64,000 bases of DNA from Phycisphaerae bacterium (lineage in GTDB: Bacteria; Planctomycetota; Phycisphaerae; UBA1845; Fen-1342): assembly GCA_963675745.2 (NCBI GenBank), contig CAXXWX010000005.1:84667-148666 (forward strand), given 5' to 3'. Under the pieces are notes generated by a model. The model was not told the DNA's origin. It saw only the letters and a program-made list of their open reading frames with translations, and ran no database searches. The position numbers and the translations under genes are program-made. Below, one piece after another: positions 41,895 through 52,807 of the stretch. The stretch's first letter is position 1. Each line of letters starts with the position of its first letter.

Positions 41895-43487
41895 TCACGC
41901 GTGGTCGGGCCCCTCCGCGCCTGTGTACTTGGTCACCGTGATGCTCTGGTCTCCGACCTGTTCAGTCTGGCCGAGCGACAGCGGGCGCGCCGGTCCCGCC
42001 GGTCGGCCGCCGCCCCCTGCCAGCCGTGCGTAAAGCTGCCCGTCGCGCATGAGCAATACGACGCGGCTTTCACCTTCGCGCGTGCGGATGTGGCAACTGG
42101 GTTGCGGCCCGATTACGCAAGTGTCGCGGAACAGCACGACATAGCTGACGTCCATCGGCAGCCGGCAGCGGTCCGCCACCTTCAATACGGCCGTTTCGCT
42201 CTTGGCACTGGGCTTGTGAAATTCGAGCTTGGCCCGCGCGCCCAGCCTGATTCGATCACCATCGCGCAGCAGCGCGCTCTTGATCGCTTCACTATTGACT
42301 CGCACCGGGCCGCGCGGCATCAGAAAGAAGTCATCCCCACGCGTGATAATGTCCGCATGGTGCGAATTCAGATCCCCCGGTACCGGCACATCCACCAGCG
42401 ACGACCCACCGGCACGCCCGACACGCACCAGATTCTGCGCCAACAGCAGCGCGCTGCCCGTGCCGTCAATGAGCAGCAGGAGCGGCTCGACGCTCTTCAC
42501 CGGCCGAATCGCAGCGGCGACCGTCTCATGCAGGCCCCCTGCCACGTTTGCCGCTTGCGGAGTACTCATACCGGACGTGCTGAGCGGCGTCATCAATCCC
42601 AGCGGAGAGGCCAGCAATCGGTCCTGTCCGCCGCGCACCTGCTCGACGGCCTCAATGCTGTCCACCACCCAGCGCGCCGCACTGCCGCCTGCACGCAGGC
42701 GCAACAGCGTCTGCCGCAATCGCCGATAGTCGTGGCCCGCCAGTTGTCCAGCCGCCGAGCGCGTCAACTCGGCCAGTCGATCACATTCCTCAAAGTCAGC
42801 CGGCCGCCGCTCCCTCAGTGGCGCGACTGCCGCACTTATTGACAGAAACCGCTCCAGCCGCCCTTCGTCGAAACTGCCGCGCAACAGATCGCATATCGCC
42901 GGCACCAATCGATCCGCGAACGTATCCGCAGCCTGCGTGCAACCGTGCCGCTCACACGCCGCACGCCAGTGGCGATGGGCGGCGAGCACATCACCGTTGT
43001 CGAGGGCGCTGGCGGCCTGATCAAGCAACTCATGGCTGCGCTGGACCCGCGCATCCAACTCCTCGACCAGTTCCTCACGGTGTCGGTCATCATCCACCCG
43101 CGCCACCGCGATGCGCCCGGACTCCAGTCGGCCTTCATCGATTCGCTCAGCCGCGCGCCGATACGCGTTCTCATCGGCGGCGCGCTCCGCCGCCCTTTGC
43201 GTCCGCTCCGTCATCACACGCCGGCGCAGGTTCGTGCGTTCCGGCTCGCCGCGGTTCACCGCCTCGAGCCGATCAAGGTCCGCCAGGGCGGCGTCATAGC
43301 GACCGGCCTGGGCATGCACCCGTGCGCGGGCCAATAGCGGCTTGACCAGCCTGTCGAGCAGCGCCCGTCCGCGGCGGTCGTCACGCAGATCGGACGCCGT
43401 GGCACCGTCGTAGGCTGCGTCAAGGCGCCCTTCCTTCAGAGCCCGTTCGGCGGCTCGAAAACGCACATGAAACCAGGGAGCGTGCAT
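41895..43487 (-). CDS. Helical-repeat protein with C-terminal FHA-like domains
   Basis: VRVGRA...LNSHHADI...LRDGDRIRLG (FHA-like); second VIGPQPSCHI segment. Confidence 0.78.
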   Translation of the reverse strand: MHAPWFHVRFRAAERALKEGRLDAAYDGATASDLRDDRRGRALLDRLVKPLLARARVHAQAGRYDAALADLDRLEAVNRGEPERTNLRRRVMTERTQRAAERAADENAYRRAAERIDEGRLESGRIAVARVDDDRHREELVEELDARVQRSHELLDQAASALDNGDVLAAHRHWRAACERHGCTQAADTFADRLVPAICDLLRGSFDEGRLERFLSISAAVAPLRERRPADFEECDRLAELTRSAAGQLAGHDYRRLRQTLLRLRAGGSAARWVVDSIEAVEQVRGGQDRLLASPLGLMTPLSTSGMSTPQAANVAGGLHETVAAAIRPVKSVEPLLLLIDGTGSALLLAQNLVRVGRAGGSSLVDVPVPGDLNSHHADIITRGDDFFLMPRGPVRVNSEAIKSALLRDGDRIRLGARAKLEFHKPSAKSETAVLKVADRCRLPMDVSYVVLFRDTCVIGPQPSCHIRTREGESRVVLLMRDGQLYARLAGGGGRPAGPARPLSLGQTEQVGDQSITVTKYTGAEGPDHA

Positions 43488-44433
43488 AGCTCGATTCCTA
43501 GAAGGCGGTCACGGCACTCACGTCGCCTGCTGAATAGCATACCGGCGGCCGCGCTCGCTTGCAGGCGCTGGCTGCGGCGTGGCACAGTTGAATTCGCCTG
43601 CGGCCCGCGGATATTTGGCGCGGTTGAGTGTCATCGCGAGGTGTCTGACGCACACCCTGTTTGCTACGGCGGATCTTTCAGGTCCGGTAATGCGCGGTTA
43701 TCGGACACGTGCGACGAACAACACCTCGCCACGGATTCGCCTGATTTCCTTGCTCAAGCATACGCCTCGTGATACGATACGACCATCGGGATCAGATGCG
43801 GTCTCAGGCACACTGGCCCCGACGGTTCAGCGAAAGAGTGAACGCCGTCGGGCTGTGTTTTGTCCAAGACCCGACGCGAGCAGGCGTGCGACGGGCGTCT
43901 CCGCCAGCGCTGATCACAACTGAAGAACGACGAGTGCATCCGGCATGACGGCAGAACGTCGTGTCTTTTTGAGGCTCGCGGGCATGAAACGTTTCGTCCC
44001 ACTGGCTTTTCGACCAATCTGCTTCGTCAAGCCGCCATTCTCACACGTCTTGCGCGCCGAGCCCACGCGTCGAGGCAGCCACGTCGCCGGCGCAAACACC
44101 TGCTCGCTACGCTCAAGATCACCTGGGATCGGACCGTTACATGACCAGGGAAGATACGCATACGCATTAGCACCTTAACACGGTGACCCGTTGCACGCGC
44201 GATCTACAATTATCTGTGGTATCGGCCAAAACATGAACCGTTTCGATTCAGCACGATGGCTACATGCGACACGCAGGCCAGTGAGCGCTCGCATTCATTC
44301 AATCCCAGGCTCGCCACGTCGGCGGCCTTGTCAACGCTGCTCGGGCGCCGTATGCCCGACCGCAATCTGTCGATTCACGCACACGTGTCCAGATCGGCAA
44401 CGTGTCCGGTCCTAGCTCTTGGGAGGCAAGCAC

Positions 44434-47400
44434 ATGAGGAAGAAGTATCTGACAGCCGCAGTTGCGTTGCTCTGCTGTGTAGGCATGGCATACGCAGTTG
44501 ACGGGTACTCGAACGATTTCTCGAGTCTCGACGACATCTCTACAATCGCCCCACTCGGGCCACCCTACTTGGACTACGGGGATACTGCCGTTTCGGTGGA
44601 CAGCGAGCCGAATGCAGCCGGCTACATGACCACCGTAATCGCCGTCGCCAATGGATCAGAGCCCATTAATGCAACAGATGGCACGATGACGTTCACATGG
44701 CGCTTTGATTACACGGGCGGCGGCACACCGCCGGGACCGACGATGGGCATGTGGTTCCGCGTGTACTCCGGTACCTACGTCGTCGATCCCAACGACCCAA
44801 ACAACACGGGTTGGCAGCAGGGGGCGGCCGCGGGCTATTTTCACGAAGTCACCATTGACAATGGTTGGGGTACCGCGAATTGGGATGTGGATAGCCCCGA
44901 TTACCTCGAAGGTGGCATCCCGCTGAACCCCACCAGCGTCTACGCTATCGCTATTCAGATCGTCTACTGGGATCTTGGCTACACGCCTTGCACGTGGTCG
45001 TTTGACGACCTTGTCATCACCGGCTTCCCTGCCAGTGGACTCCCGGTTGCGGACGCCGGCGCTTCTCAGGCCGACATCCCCTGTGGCGATGCGGTCACGC
45101 TGGACGGCAGCGGCAGCTATGACACCGACCCCAACGGATACATAGTAAACTACATGTGGTCCTGGCCGGGCGGCAGCGCGCAGTCAACATCGCCAACCGT
45201 GCCGGTACAACTGCCGTGCGGCGCGAGCACCATCGTTACGCTGGTCGTCGAAGACAACGAGAATAACTTCAGCGACCCGGACACCGTCACCATGACTGTG
45301 CTCGACTGCCCGCCCGATCCATACGGCTACACCAATGACATGTCAGCGCTCGGGCAGGTTACCAGCGGCGCCGGCATACCCTACCTGGTTGACATCGGTG
45401 GCGATGACGCGATCGAGGTTGAGGTGACCGAGTCGTCCGGCGCGCGGCAGTTCAGCTTCTACCCGCCATGCACGCCGGTGGATATCACCAACAGCGAATA
45501 CACGATCACGCTCGGATTCGCCGGCACGCTGGTCGATCCGAACGACCCGCAGGCCGAAGTCGGCGGCTGGTTGCGCGTGTTTGACTCGAACGGCAAGAAG
45601 CTCGGCTTCTTCCACTACGTTCCGGCCAACAGCGGTCTGGTTTCATTCAACGACCTGCTGAGCAATTACAACCCTGATCCGGGCGCATCGGACCCCGACT
45701 TTGACCCGACGCTCGTCACCGCGATGAGCTTTGACCCGTTCTATGTCACAGATGCCAAGTGGGTGAAGCCCTACTATCTCCAGGTCGGCCATCTCGAGTT
45801 CGTCGCCCTGCCAGGCTCCGCTCCGGTCGCCGACGCCGGTCTCCCGCAGACCGTCAACTGCACCTGGGACGGTGGCGTGGTCACGCTCGACGGCAGCGAG
45901 AGCTATGACGACGGCGAGATCGTCCGCTACCTGTGGAAGGAAGGCGCGGTCGTGGTCGCCGACACTGACGTCCCGACCATTGATGTCGGCCTCAGTTGCG
46001 GCGCGGTCCACAGCCTTTCGCTCGAGGTCATGGACGATACCAACCTGTGGAGCACGCCGGCGTTCGTCGACATCACCGTCAATGCCGGGCCGCCCCCGGC
46101 AGTCGCCGACAGCGCGTACGTGCCCTTCTCCATCAAGGCCGGCGATATCTCCGGCACTTCGCAGCACCCGCTGATTGTGCCGACGGAGAATGTCGCGCTG
46201 GAGCTCGTGGACCGCGGCGGTCCCAACACGGACCCGACGCAGGACCGCCAATTGCTCTTTGACGCGCTCAGCAACGTCTACTTCATCAACTGGCACGGCG
46301 CGCTCTATAAGCTCTCGCCGAGCCTCGATACGCTGTGGACCAGTTCGTTTGAAGATCCGCCCACGTCGGGCAACTACACGACCTACTCACCCGCCGCCGG
46401 GCGCGCCGCGACGCTGATCGTTGGCGAACGCTGGGTCTACACCCTCGGCGGACAGGATCGCCCGACCTCACCGTGGAAGGGCTGGGTCACCGCGTTTGAC
46501 AAGTCCACCGGCCACATGGTCTGGGAGACCCAACTCACCGACGGTGTGTATTTCGAGGACTTCGACTCTGAGCGTTCCCGCACGCTGATGACGCTGTACA
46601 ACGACAAGCTGTACATCATCGGTGCCCCGGACGACGCCGGTCTTGGCAATCTCGCCACGGTCCGCGTCTACCAGGTGGATGCCAGCACGGGCGTAATCGA
46701 CTGGGTCACTCCGATCTCGGTTGGTGGCCGCTGGGCCGTCAACGGCCACATGGCCTTCGTGCCCGATCTCTACGCGACCGGCATCCACGGGATGTTCTAC
46801 TCGTCTCGCAGCGATGGCGAGGCTGACGGGCTTTCAGACGCCGTCGGACTCCGCATCGATCCGACCACCGGTGCCACCGTCGAGTGGGGCACCGATGCCG
46901 GGTACACCAGTCTCAGCCGCATGATCTACAGCTCGGATACCGGCTGGATCTATGGCGTCTGTGAATGGAACTGGGCCGGTAAGGCCTTCTGGTGGTTCGA
47001 CAAGAACACCGGAACAATCGGTGGCGCACGCGGCGGCGACTATGCGTTGCAGCACCGTGGCGAGTCCGCCGCGCTGTCCTACGACGGCGTGACGGTCTAC
47101 ACCGGAAGTGATTGGGGACGGGTCTATCGCTACACGCCCATCGATCCCAACACCGCCCAGGTCGACACCGAGGAGTTCTCATACGACCTCGCGGGCACCG
47201 CGGACGCTCGCGCTTTCGGTCCGCGCTCGGTCATGATGGAAGATGCCAACGGCGACGAGATCATCGCCACCGCTCGCATCGAGTATCGCTGGTGGGATAT
47301 GGATCCGAACGATCCGACCAACGACGATCGCTACCAGAACGAGATCGTGCTGCTGAATGTCAGCGATGCGGTCGCCGGCGGCACCGATGAGCAGCTCGAC

Positions 47401-48491
47401 GACGGGCCGATACTCATTGACAACGTGCAGGTTGTGCTCAACAGCGCAGTTGTCTGGAGCGAGGACTTCGAGTCTTATGACCCGAACGATGCCTTCTTCC
47501 CGCCTGCCGCCGATCCCACATGGGCCGATGCGTCGTCCAGCCCCGCACCAGGAACCCAGGTCCTGCCGGCGATCATCGATTTCGGTGGCGACTATGGTAA
47601 GGTTCTCAAGCTCGACCCGTATGGCGGCCACGGCGAAATCAGCGCCGTTATCGCCAGCCTGCCAACTGGCTACGGCGGCAACTCCGGCGACGAGGTCATC
47701 ATCCGCTGGCAGCAGCTCAAGGTTGACCAGACCGAGAAGATCTTCGTCGGTCCGGGCGGATGGCCAATCCCAGGTGGCACCTTCCAGGGTGACGGCACCG
47801 AAGCCGATTATCCGATCGATGAGGTCTGCGCGCTGGGATCAGATCCAGGCGGCAGCACCGCGGCCGGCGGAACCTCCGCCATGGTTTCCGCTGACGGCGT
47901 CACCTGGCAGGAAGTCGAAGCCCGACTCTTCTACCACTCCGTACTCAGCAACCTCACGATCTGGTCACGCGACCTGCCCAGCGGCGGCTTCTCCACCAAC
48001 GGTGGAACGCCACCTCTGCTCAGCACGCAAGACCCGGTCACCCAGGTCAAGTTCGAGATGTCAGCCACATCGGCGACCAGCAGCGGCTATGTCCCGCCGC
48101 CGCTCGTCCCCATCGCATCTTTGGCCACAAGTACCGTGGACACCGGCGAGACCGCCTGGGGTAACGACCGCAACGATTGGGATTGGCCGGACGCATTGGC
48201 GGTCGCCCCCAATGGTGACCTCTACTACATGCAGTTCGGTATTGGCGGAAAACGCTACTCGCGCGTCCGCATCACCGGCACCACGCCGCCGCAGTACGCA
48301 CTCGGCGACATGAACTGCGACGGTTTCGTCAACAACGGCGACATCGACCCGTTCGTGCTCGCGATGAACTGACTCCGGTCTGTATACGAGCGCAGTATCC
48401 CGACTGCGACATCAACCTGGCGGACATGAACGACGATGGTTTCGTCAACAACGGCGACATCGATCCGTTCGTCGGACTGCTGTCACCGTGA
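44434..48491 (+). CDS. Large secreted protein (PKD-like domains, PQQ-type beta-propeller, C-terminal dockerin); interrupted at 48370-48392
   Basis: RBS GGAGG, signal peptide, PVADAG...VTLDGS x2; GDMNCDGFVNNGDIDPFV, then a second repeat QYPDCDINLADMNDDGFVNNGDIDPFVGLLSP* in another frame ending at 48491. Confidence 0.85.
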
Positions 48492-48777
48492 TAGGCGTTT
48501 GTAGTCTGTCTGTGGCCAGCGCCGGCTGGGAGCCGTGAGATCGGCCACACTATGTGAGACTGATTTCACGGCGGAGCCGTCGCCGGCTTGTCCCGGACGA
48601 GCCACCGGCTCCCCTGGACAGGCCGAGTCTTGACGTTCTGACACCAATTCCACCACTCACGCCGGCCGGCGCAGCACGCGTCGGTCGGCGTTCTTTTCGC
48701 GCCGCCCGTCAGTCGGAGTCATGGCTTATTGCGATAGAAAGGTGTGCGGAGCCGCTGTTGAGTGCGCGGGCCGCCCC

Positions 48778-49311
48778 CTACTTCCCGAAACGCTGGCGAA
48801 CTTCCTGTCGGCCGTCGGCCTTCGGCAATTGGATTACGCACTCCAGGTAATCAACACCGAACTCGCGGCAACGGCGTTTGGATGGCATGAAGATGTCGAC
48901 GGTGTTATGACGAAAACGCTTATGCGTTCGGTCGGTTACGACAAACGTCCGCTTCAGCGCCGGGATGTAGATCTTCGAGCCGAACGGAATATCGGCCGGG
49001 GCGGCACACTGTCCGACGCCCGAGGGCACCCCCGCCGCAGTCGTACCGCGGTCGCAGTACGCCGTCACCCGGTGAATCCGGCGCAGACTCGCGGGGCGCG
49101 CGGTGGTCCCCGGCGTTGACTCCGCATCCGCCGTCGATGACCGACGCACCGGAGGGATTATCGGCATGGCGCGAGTCGCTGTCGCTGGCGCAACGTCGGC
49201 ATCTTCCGCCCGACCGGCCGCCGACTGCTCCAACGCTAGTGACGCCATTGACAGCCCTGTCAACATCAGCGCCGAGGCGGCCATAATAGCCACCGACCTG
49301 GCGTGTGACAT
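48778..49311 (-). CDS. Secreted 3D domain protein
   Basis: VTAYC, IPFGSKIYIP, VVTDR, VDIFM, FG motifs of the 3D (MltA-related) domain; signal peptide. Confidence 0.8.
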   Translation of the reverse strand: MSHARSVAIMAASALMLTGLSMASLALEQSAAGRAEDADVAPATATRAMPIIPPVRRSSTADAESTPGTTARPASLRRIHRVTAYCDRGTTAAGVPSGVGQCAAPADIPFGSKIYIPALKRTFVVTDRTHKRFRHNTVDIFMPSKRRCREFGVDYLECVIQLPKADGRQEVRQRFGK

Positions 49312-49544
49312 CTATTCTGCTCCGACACTCGAATCCGCCTCCGTTCCTGGCAAAGGCGGGGAGTCCGCAGTCGCCCAAACTGCGAGACAAGTCAGGCATT
49401 GTAGACAAGCACCCACTTCCAGAGCAACCGGACGCCTCACAGTTTTTTCGCGATCCCCACGAGCATTGACGGCGCCGGCCTTTTCGCGTTGACTATCGGC
49501 ACTCGGCCTCGAAACCGATGACAATCCAACCGATCGGAGGATTC

Positions 49545-50324
49545 ATGATGCGCCGCCCGCTAGTAGCCGGCAACTGGAAGATGAACATGACGCTTGCCGC
49601 CGCTCGTGATCTTATCGGCGGCATAGCGAAAGGGCTTGGCGCGGGCGTGGCGGCGGATGTTGCCGTTTGCCCACCCGCCGTGTACGTTCACGCCGCTATC
49701 GAAGCCGCTCGTGGCACTCCCATCACCGTCGGTGCCCAGAATCTCCACCACGCGCGCCAGGGAGCGTTCACGGGCGAGATTTCCGCACAGATGCTCGTGG
49801 ATATCGGTGCTACGTCCGTTATTATCGGGCACAGCGAGCGCCGACACACAATCGGCCACCTCGAAGACGACCGCATGATCAATCTCAAGACCAAGGCCGC
49901 TCTCGGGGCCGGCCTGACGCCCATCTTCTGCCTCGGCGAGACCTTGGCCGAGCGCGAATCTGATCAGACGCTCGATGTCTTGACCTACCAGTTGCGTGCC
50001 GGGCTGATTGGCGTGGATGGGCCGCAGCTCGAGCGCGTTGTGGTCGCCTACGAGCCCGTCTGGGCCATCGGCACCGGACACACCGCATCCCCCGAGCAGG
50101 CCCAGGAGGCCCACCTCCATCTGCGCAACGAGCTGCGCCGGATGGCCGGTGAAGTCGCCGACAGAATCCGCATCGTCTACGGCGGCAGCGTAAAGGCCGA
50201 CAATGCCGCCGCCATAATGGCACAATTCGACGTCGATGGCGGACTCATCGGCGGGGCCAGCCTCAAGGCCGATGGTTTCGTGGCAATTGTCAATGCGACG
50301 GTGGCAGCCAAAGCCGCCTTGTGA
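49545..50324 (+). CDS. tpiA: Triosephosphate isomerase
   Basis: AGNWKMN, GAFTGE, GHSERR, AYEPVWAIGTG, YGGSVK, GGASL. Confidence 0.98.
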   Translation: MMRRPLVAGNWKMNMTLAAARDLIGGIAKGLGAGVAADVAVCPPAVYVHAAIEAARGTPITVGAQNLHHARQGAFTGEISAQMLVDIGATSVIIGHSERRHTIGHLEDDRMINLKTKAALGAGLTPIFCLGETLAERESDQTLDVLTYQLRAGLIGVDGPQLERVVVAYEPVWAIGTGHTASPEQAQEAHLHLRNELRRMAGEVADRIRIVYGGSVKADNAAAIMAQFDVDGGLIGGASLKADGFVAIVNATVAAKAAL

Positions 50325-50406
50325 TAAACTGCCCCGTTCATGTTGACTTCGGCCCGCGGGGTGAACGCTGGCCGTGTATGCTCACCAGTTCGGTAGAGAC
50401 TGATAG

Positions 50407-50760
50407 ATGATTCTGGCAGCTTGGTACCATGCGATTCTCGCGGTTCTGTTCGCGTTTATCGCGATTCTGTTGATGATCGTGATTCTGCTCCAGCGTGGTC
50501 GAGGCGTCGGTCTGTCGGGCGCGTTTGGCGGCGCAGGTGGCCAGTCCGCGTTCGGCGCAAAGACCGGTGACTTCCTGACCTGGGTCACTGTGACGATGGC
50601 GATCGTCTTCCTGATGTTCACTATCGCCCTCAACTACGTCTTCCGCCCCGCCAAACCCGTTGCGGCGATGCCCCCGCCCGTGCTTCCCACGGAGACGCCG
50701 GCGCCCGCTGACACACCCGCGGGTGGCGGCGAGGAGACTCCCGCCGACCGACATGCCTGA
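50407..50760 (+). CDS. secG: Preprotein translocase SecG
   Basis: [17 protein letters not shown]...SAFG; two TMs; follows tpiA. Confidence 0.93.
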   Translation: MILAAWYHAILAVLFAFIAILLMIVILLQRGRGVGLSGAFGGAGGQSAFGAKTGDFLTWVTVTMAIVFLMFTIALNYVFRPAKPVAAMPPPVLPTETPAPADTPAGGGEETPADRHA

Positions 50761-51067
50761 TGGCCCCGCCGGAGCGTGGCACATCATCCTGCGTGCGGAC
50801 CAAGTGTTTGTCTAGACGTACCGGGAATTGGGCCGGGCCGACGCCCGCATCCCGTCGCCGCTGACTCTGGACGCCGCCGCCTGTTCGCAGTCGGTGCGGC
50901 GTCAGGCCTCCGTGCTTGGTGAGGCCTGTGCAGGAACCTTGTGCTCAGCCGAACCTATGCGGCGAACCTGTGGTCCGACTGCGGGGGCCGGCTGCCACGC
51001 GAAAGGTGGAACCACTCTATCCATCAAGGCTACTAATCCTCTGAGCGCACAGCTCCCGAGAGTCAAC

Positions 51068-51949
51068 ATGATCCAATCGATGACGGGCTTTGGGGAAGCA
51101 CACCTCGAAGCCGACGCCAGCTTCTATCACGTCGAAATCCGCTCGGTTAACAACCGCTACCTGAAGATCTCGCTGAGACTGCCGGAAGAATTCGCCTTCC
51201 TGGAGGCTGATCTCGAGCGCTTGATACGCCGAAAGCTGGCGCGCGGCTCGATAAACTTCAGGCTGCACATTCGCAGTCTGGGTGAAGAAGGCGCTTATGA
51301 GCTGAACGCCGGCGTCTTGCGGTCGTATGTTAAGCAGCTACAGCACGCGGCTGGGGATTTGCCACGGGCGACCATTGATCTGGCCGGCCTGGCGATGCTC
51401 CCCGGCGTCTGCCAGCCACGCGAGTTGTCGGAACAGGAGCGCGGGCGGCGCTGGTCTATCGTGTCGCAGCTTGCCCAGCAGGGGCTCGACCAGCTTATCG
51501 AGATGCGCAAGGTCGAGGGCGAGGCGCTGGCGGCCGACCTGACCGGGCAGTGTCGGGTGATGCGTGAGTGTCTCGACAAGATTCGCACGCGCATACCCAA
51601 CGTCGTGCGCGAGTATCACGAGCGTCTGCGTGCCCGCGTTGACGAGCTCATCGCCGACCGCGGCGTCAGTCTCGCCGAGCAGGATCTGGTCAGAGAGGTG
51701 GCCATCTTCGCCGAACGCAGTGATATTAACGAGGAGCTTTCAAGACTCGACGGGCACCTCGAGCAGTTCGAAGCGGCGCTGGGCCGATCGGAGGCCACGG
51801 GCCGCAAACTCGATTTCATCGCGCAGGAAATGTTGCGCGAAGCAAATACCATGGGTTCCAAGGCCACCGAGGTCGAGTTGGCCCGGCATATCATCACGAT
51901 CAAGGGCGCCATTGACCGGATCAAAGAACAGGTCCAGAACGCTGAATGA
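51068..51949 (+). CDS. yicC: YicC/YloC family endoribonuclease
   Basis: MIQSMTGFG, EIRSVNNRYL, DINEELSRL, GRKLDFIAQEMLREANTMGSK, EQVQNAE. Confidence 0.95.
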   Translation: MIQSMTGFGEAHLEADASFYHVEIRSVNNRYLKISLRLPEEFAFLEADLERLIRRKLARGSINFRLHIRSLGEEGAYELNAGVLRSYVKQLQHAAGDLPRATIDLAGLAMLPGVCQPRELSEQERGRRWSIVSQLAQQGLDQLIEMRKVEGEALAADLTGQCRVMRECLDKIRTRIPNVVREYHERLRARVDELIADRGVSLAEQDLVREVAIFAERSDINEELSRLDGHLEQFEAALGRSEATGRKLDFIAQEMLREANTMGSKATEVELARHIITIKGAIDRIKEQVQNAE

Positions 51950-52003
51950 CACGCCGTCGGAGCGGCTGTGCGCTCCAGGCGGGATTACGGACCCTGACTC
52001 TAC

Positions 52004-52807
52004 ATGCTGATTGACAGCCACTGCCATCTGACATTCGAGGAGTTGGCCTCGCAGGTTGATGCTGTGCTGGCGCGGGGGCGTGCGGCCGGTGTCGCACACG
52101 TCGTGAACATTGCAACCGACGCCGACGACGCGCTGCGGGCGGTTGAACTGCTCGCAAGTCACGCTGACGTCTCGTTTGCGCTGGGTGTACACCCGCACGA
52201 AGCCGCCAAACCGACCGGGCAGGTCGAGCGCATCGCGGCGCTGCTGGCCAGCGGTGGCCTACCGGACGAGATTCGCCGGCGTATCGTGGCGGTCGGTGAA
52301 ATCGGACTGGATTATCACTACGACTTCGCTCCGCGCGAACGCCAGGAGATTGTGCTGCGCGAGCATCTGGAATTGGCCGTCGAGCACGATCTGCCGGTGG
52401 TCATCCATGCCCGCGAGGCTGAAGCGCGCGTTTGCGACATACTGGGGGAATATCCGCAATTCGCCGGCCGCGCTGTTTTTCATTGCTACACGGGTTCGCT
52501 GGAACATGCCCGGCGAATCCTCGATGCTGGGTACTGGCTCTCGTTCACTGGTGTTGTCACGTTCAAGAACGCCGGCGCTCTGGCCGAGGTGGGTCGGTTG
52601 GTACCTGACGACCGCTTCATGCTGGAGACCGACGCGCCGTTTGTGTCGCCCGAACCGGTTCGCAACACGCGCCCCAATGAGCCCGCACTCATGGTGCACA
52701 CTGCCAACAAGCTAGCCAATCTGCGCCGCAGCACGGCCGACGCCGTCGCGCGGCAGACCACCGCCAACGCGATTCGCTTCTTCAACCTGCCCGAGGTGCA
52801 AACATGA
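52004..52807 (+). CDS. tatD: TatD family hydrolase
   Basis: IDSHCH, GVHPH, GEIGLDY, IHAR, FHCY, LETDAP. Confidence 0.93.
   Translation: MLIDSHCHLTFEELASQVDAVLARGRAAGVAHVVNIATDADDALRAVELLASHADVSFALGVHPHEAAKPTGQVERIAALLASGGLPDEIRRRIVAVGEIGLDYHYDFAPRERQEIVLREHLELAVEHDLPVVIHAREAEARVCDILGEYPQFAGRAVFHCYTGSLEHARRILDAGYWLSFTGVVTFKNAGALAEVGRLVPDDRFMLETDAPFVSPEPVRNTRPNEPALMVHTANKLANLRRSTADAVARQTTANAIRFFNLPEVQT

Noticed and set aside
43980..44040. Hammerhead ribozyme or c-di-GMP-I riboswitch on the minus strand (TTGACGA...CGAAAAG...GGGACGAAAC)
   Set aside because: The core is TTGACGA rather than CTGANGA and stem II does not close; no GGCAAA/GACGCAAAGC; better explained as an operator palindrome
48370..48372. 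Selenocysteine or read-through TGA
   Set aside because: Read-through alone does not restore the dockerin because a frameshift is also needed; the position is not a conserved Cys
50761..51060. tRNA-Leu or SRP RNA after secG
   Set aside because: No T-loop GTTCRA cloverleaf and no SRP helix-8 motif
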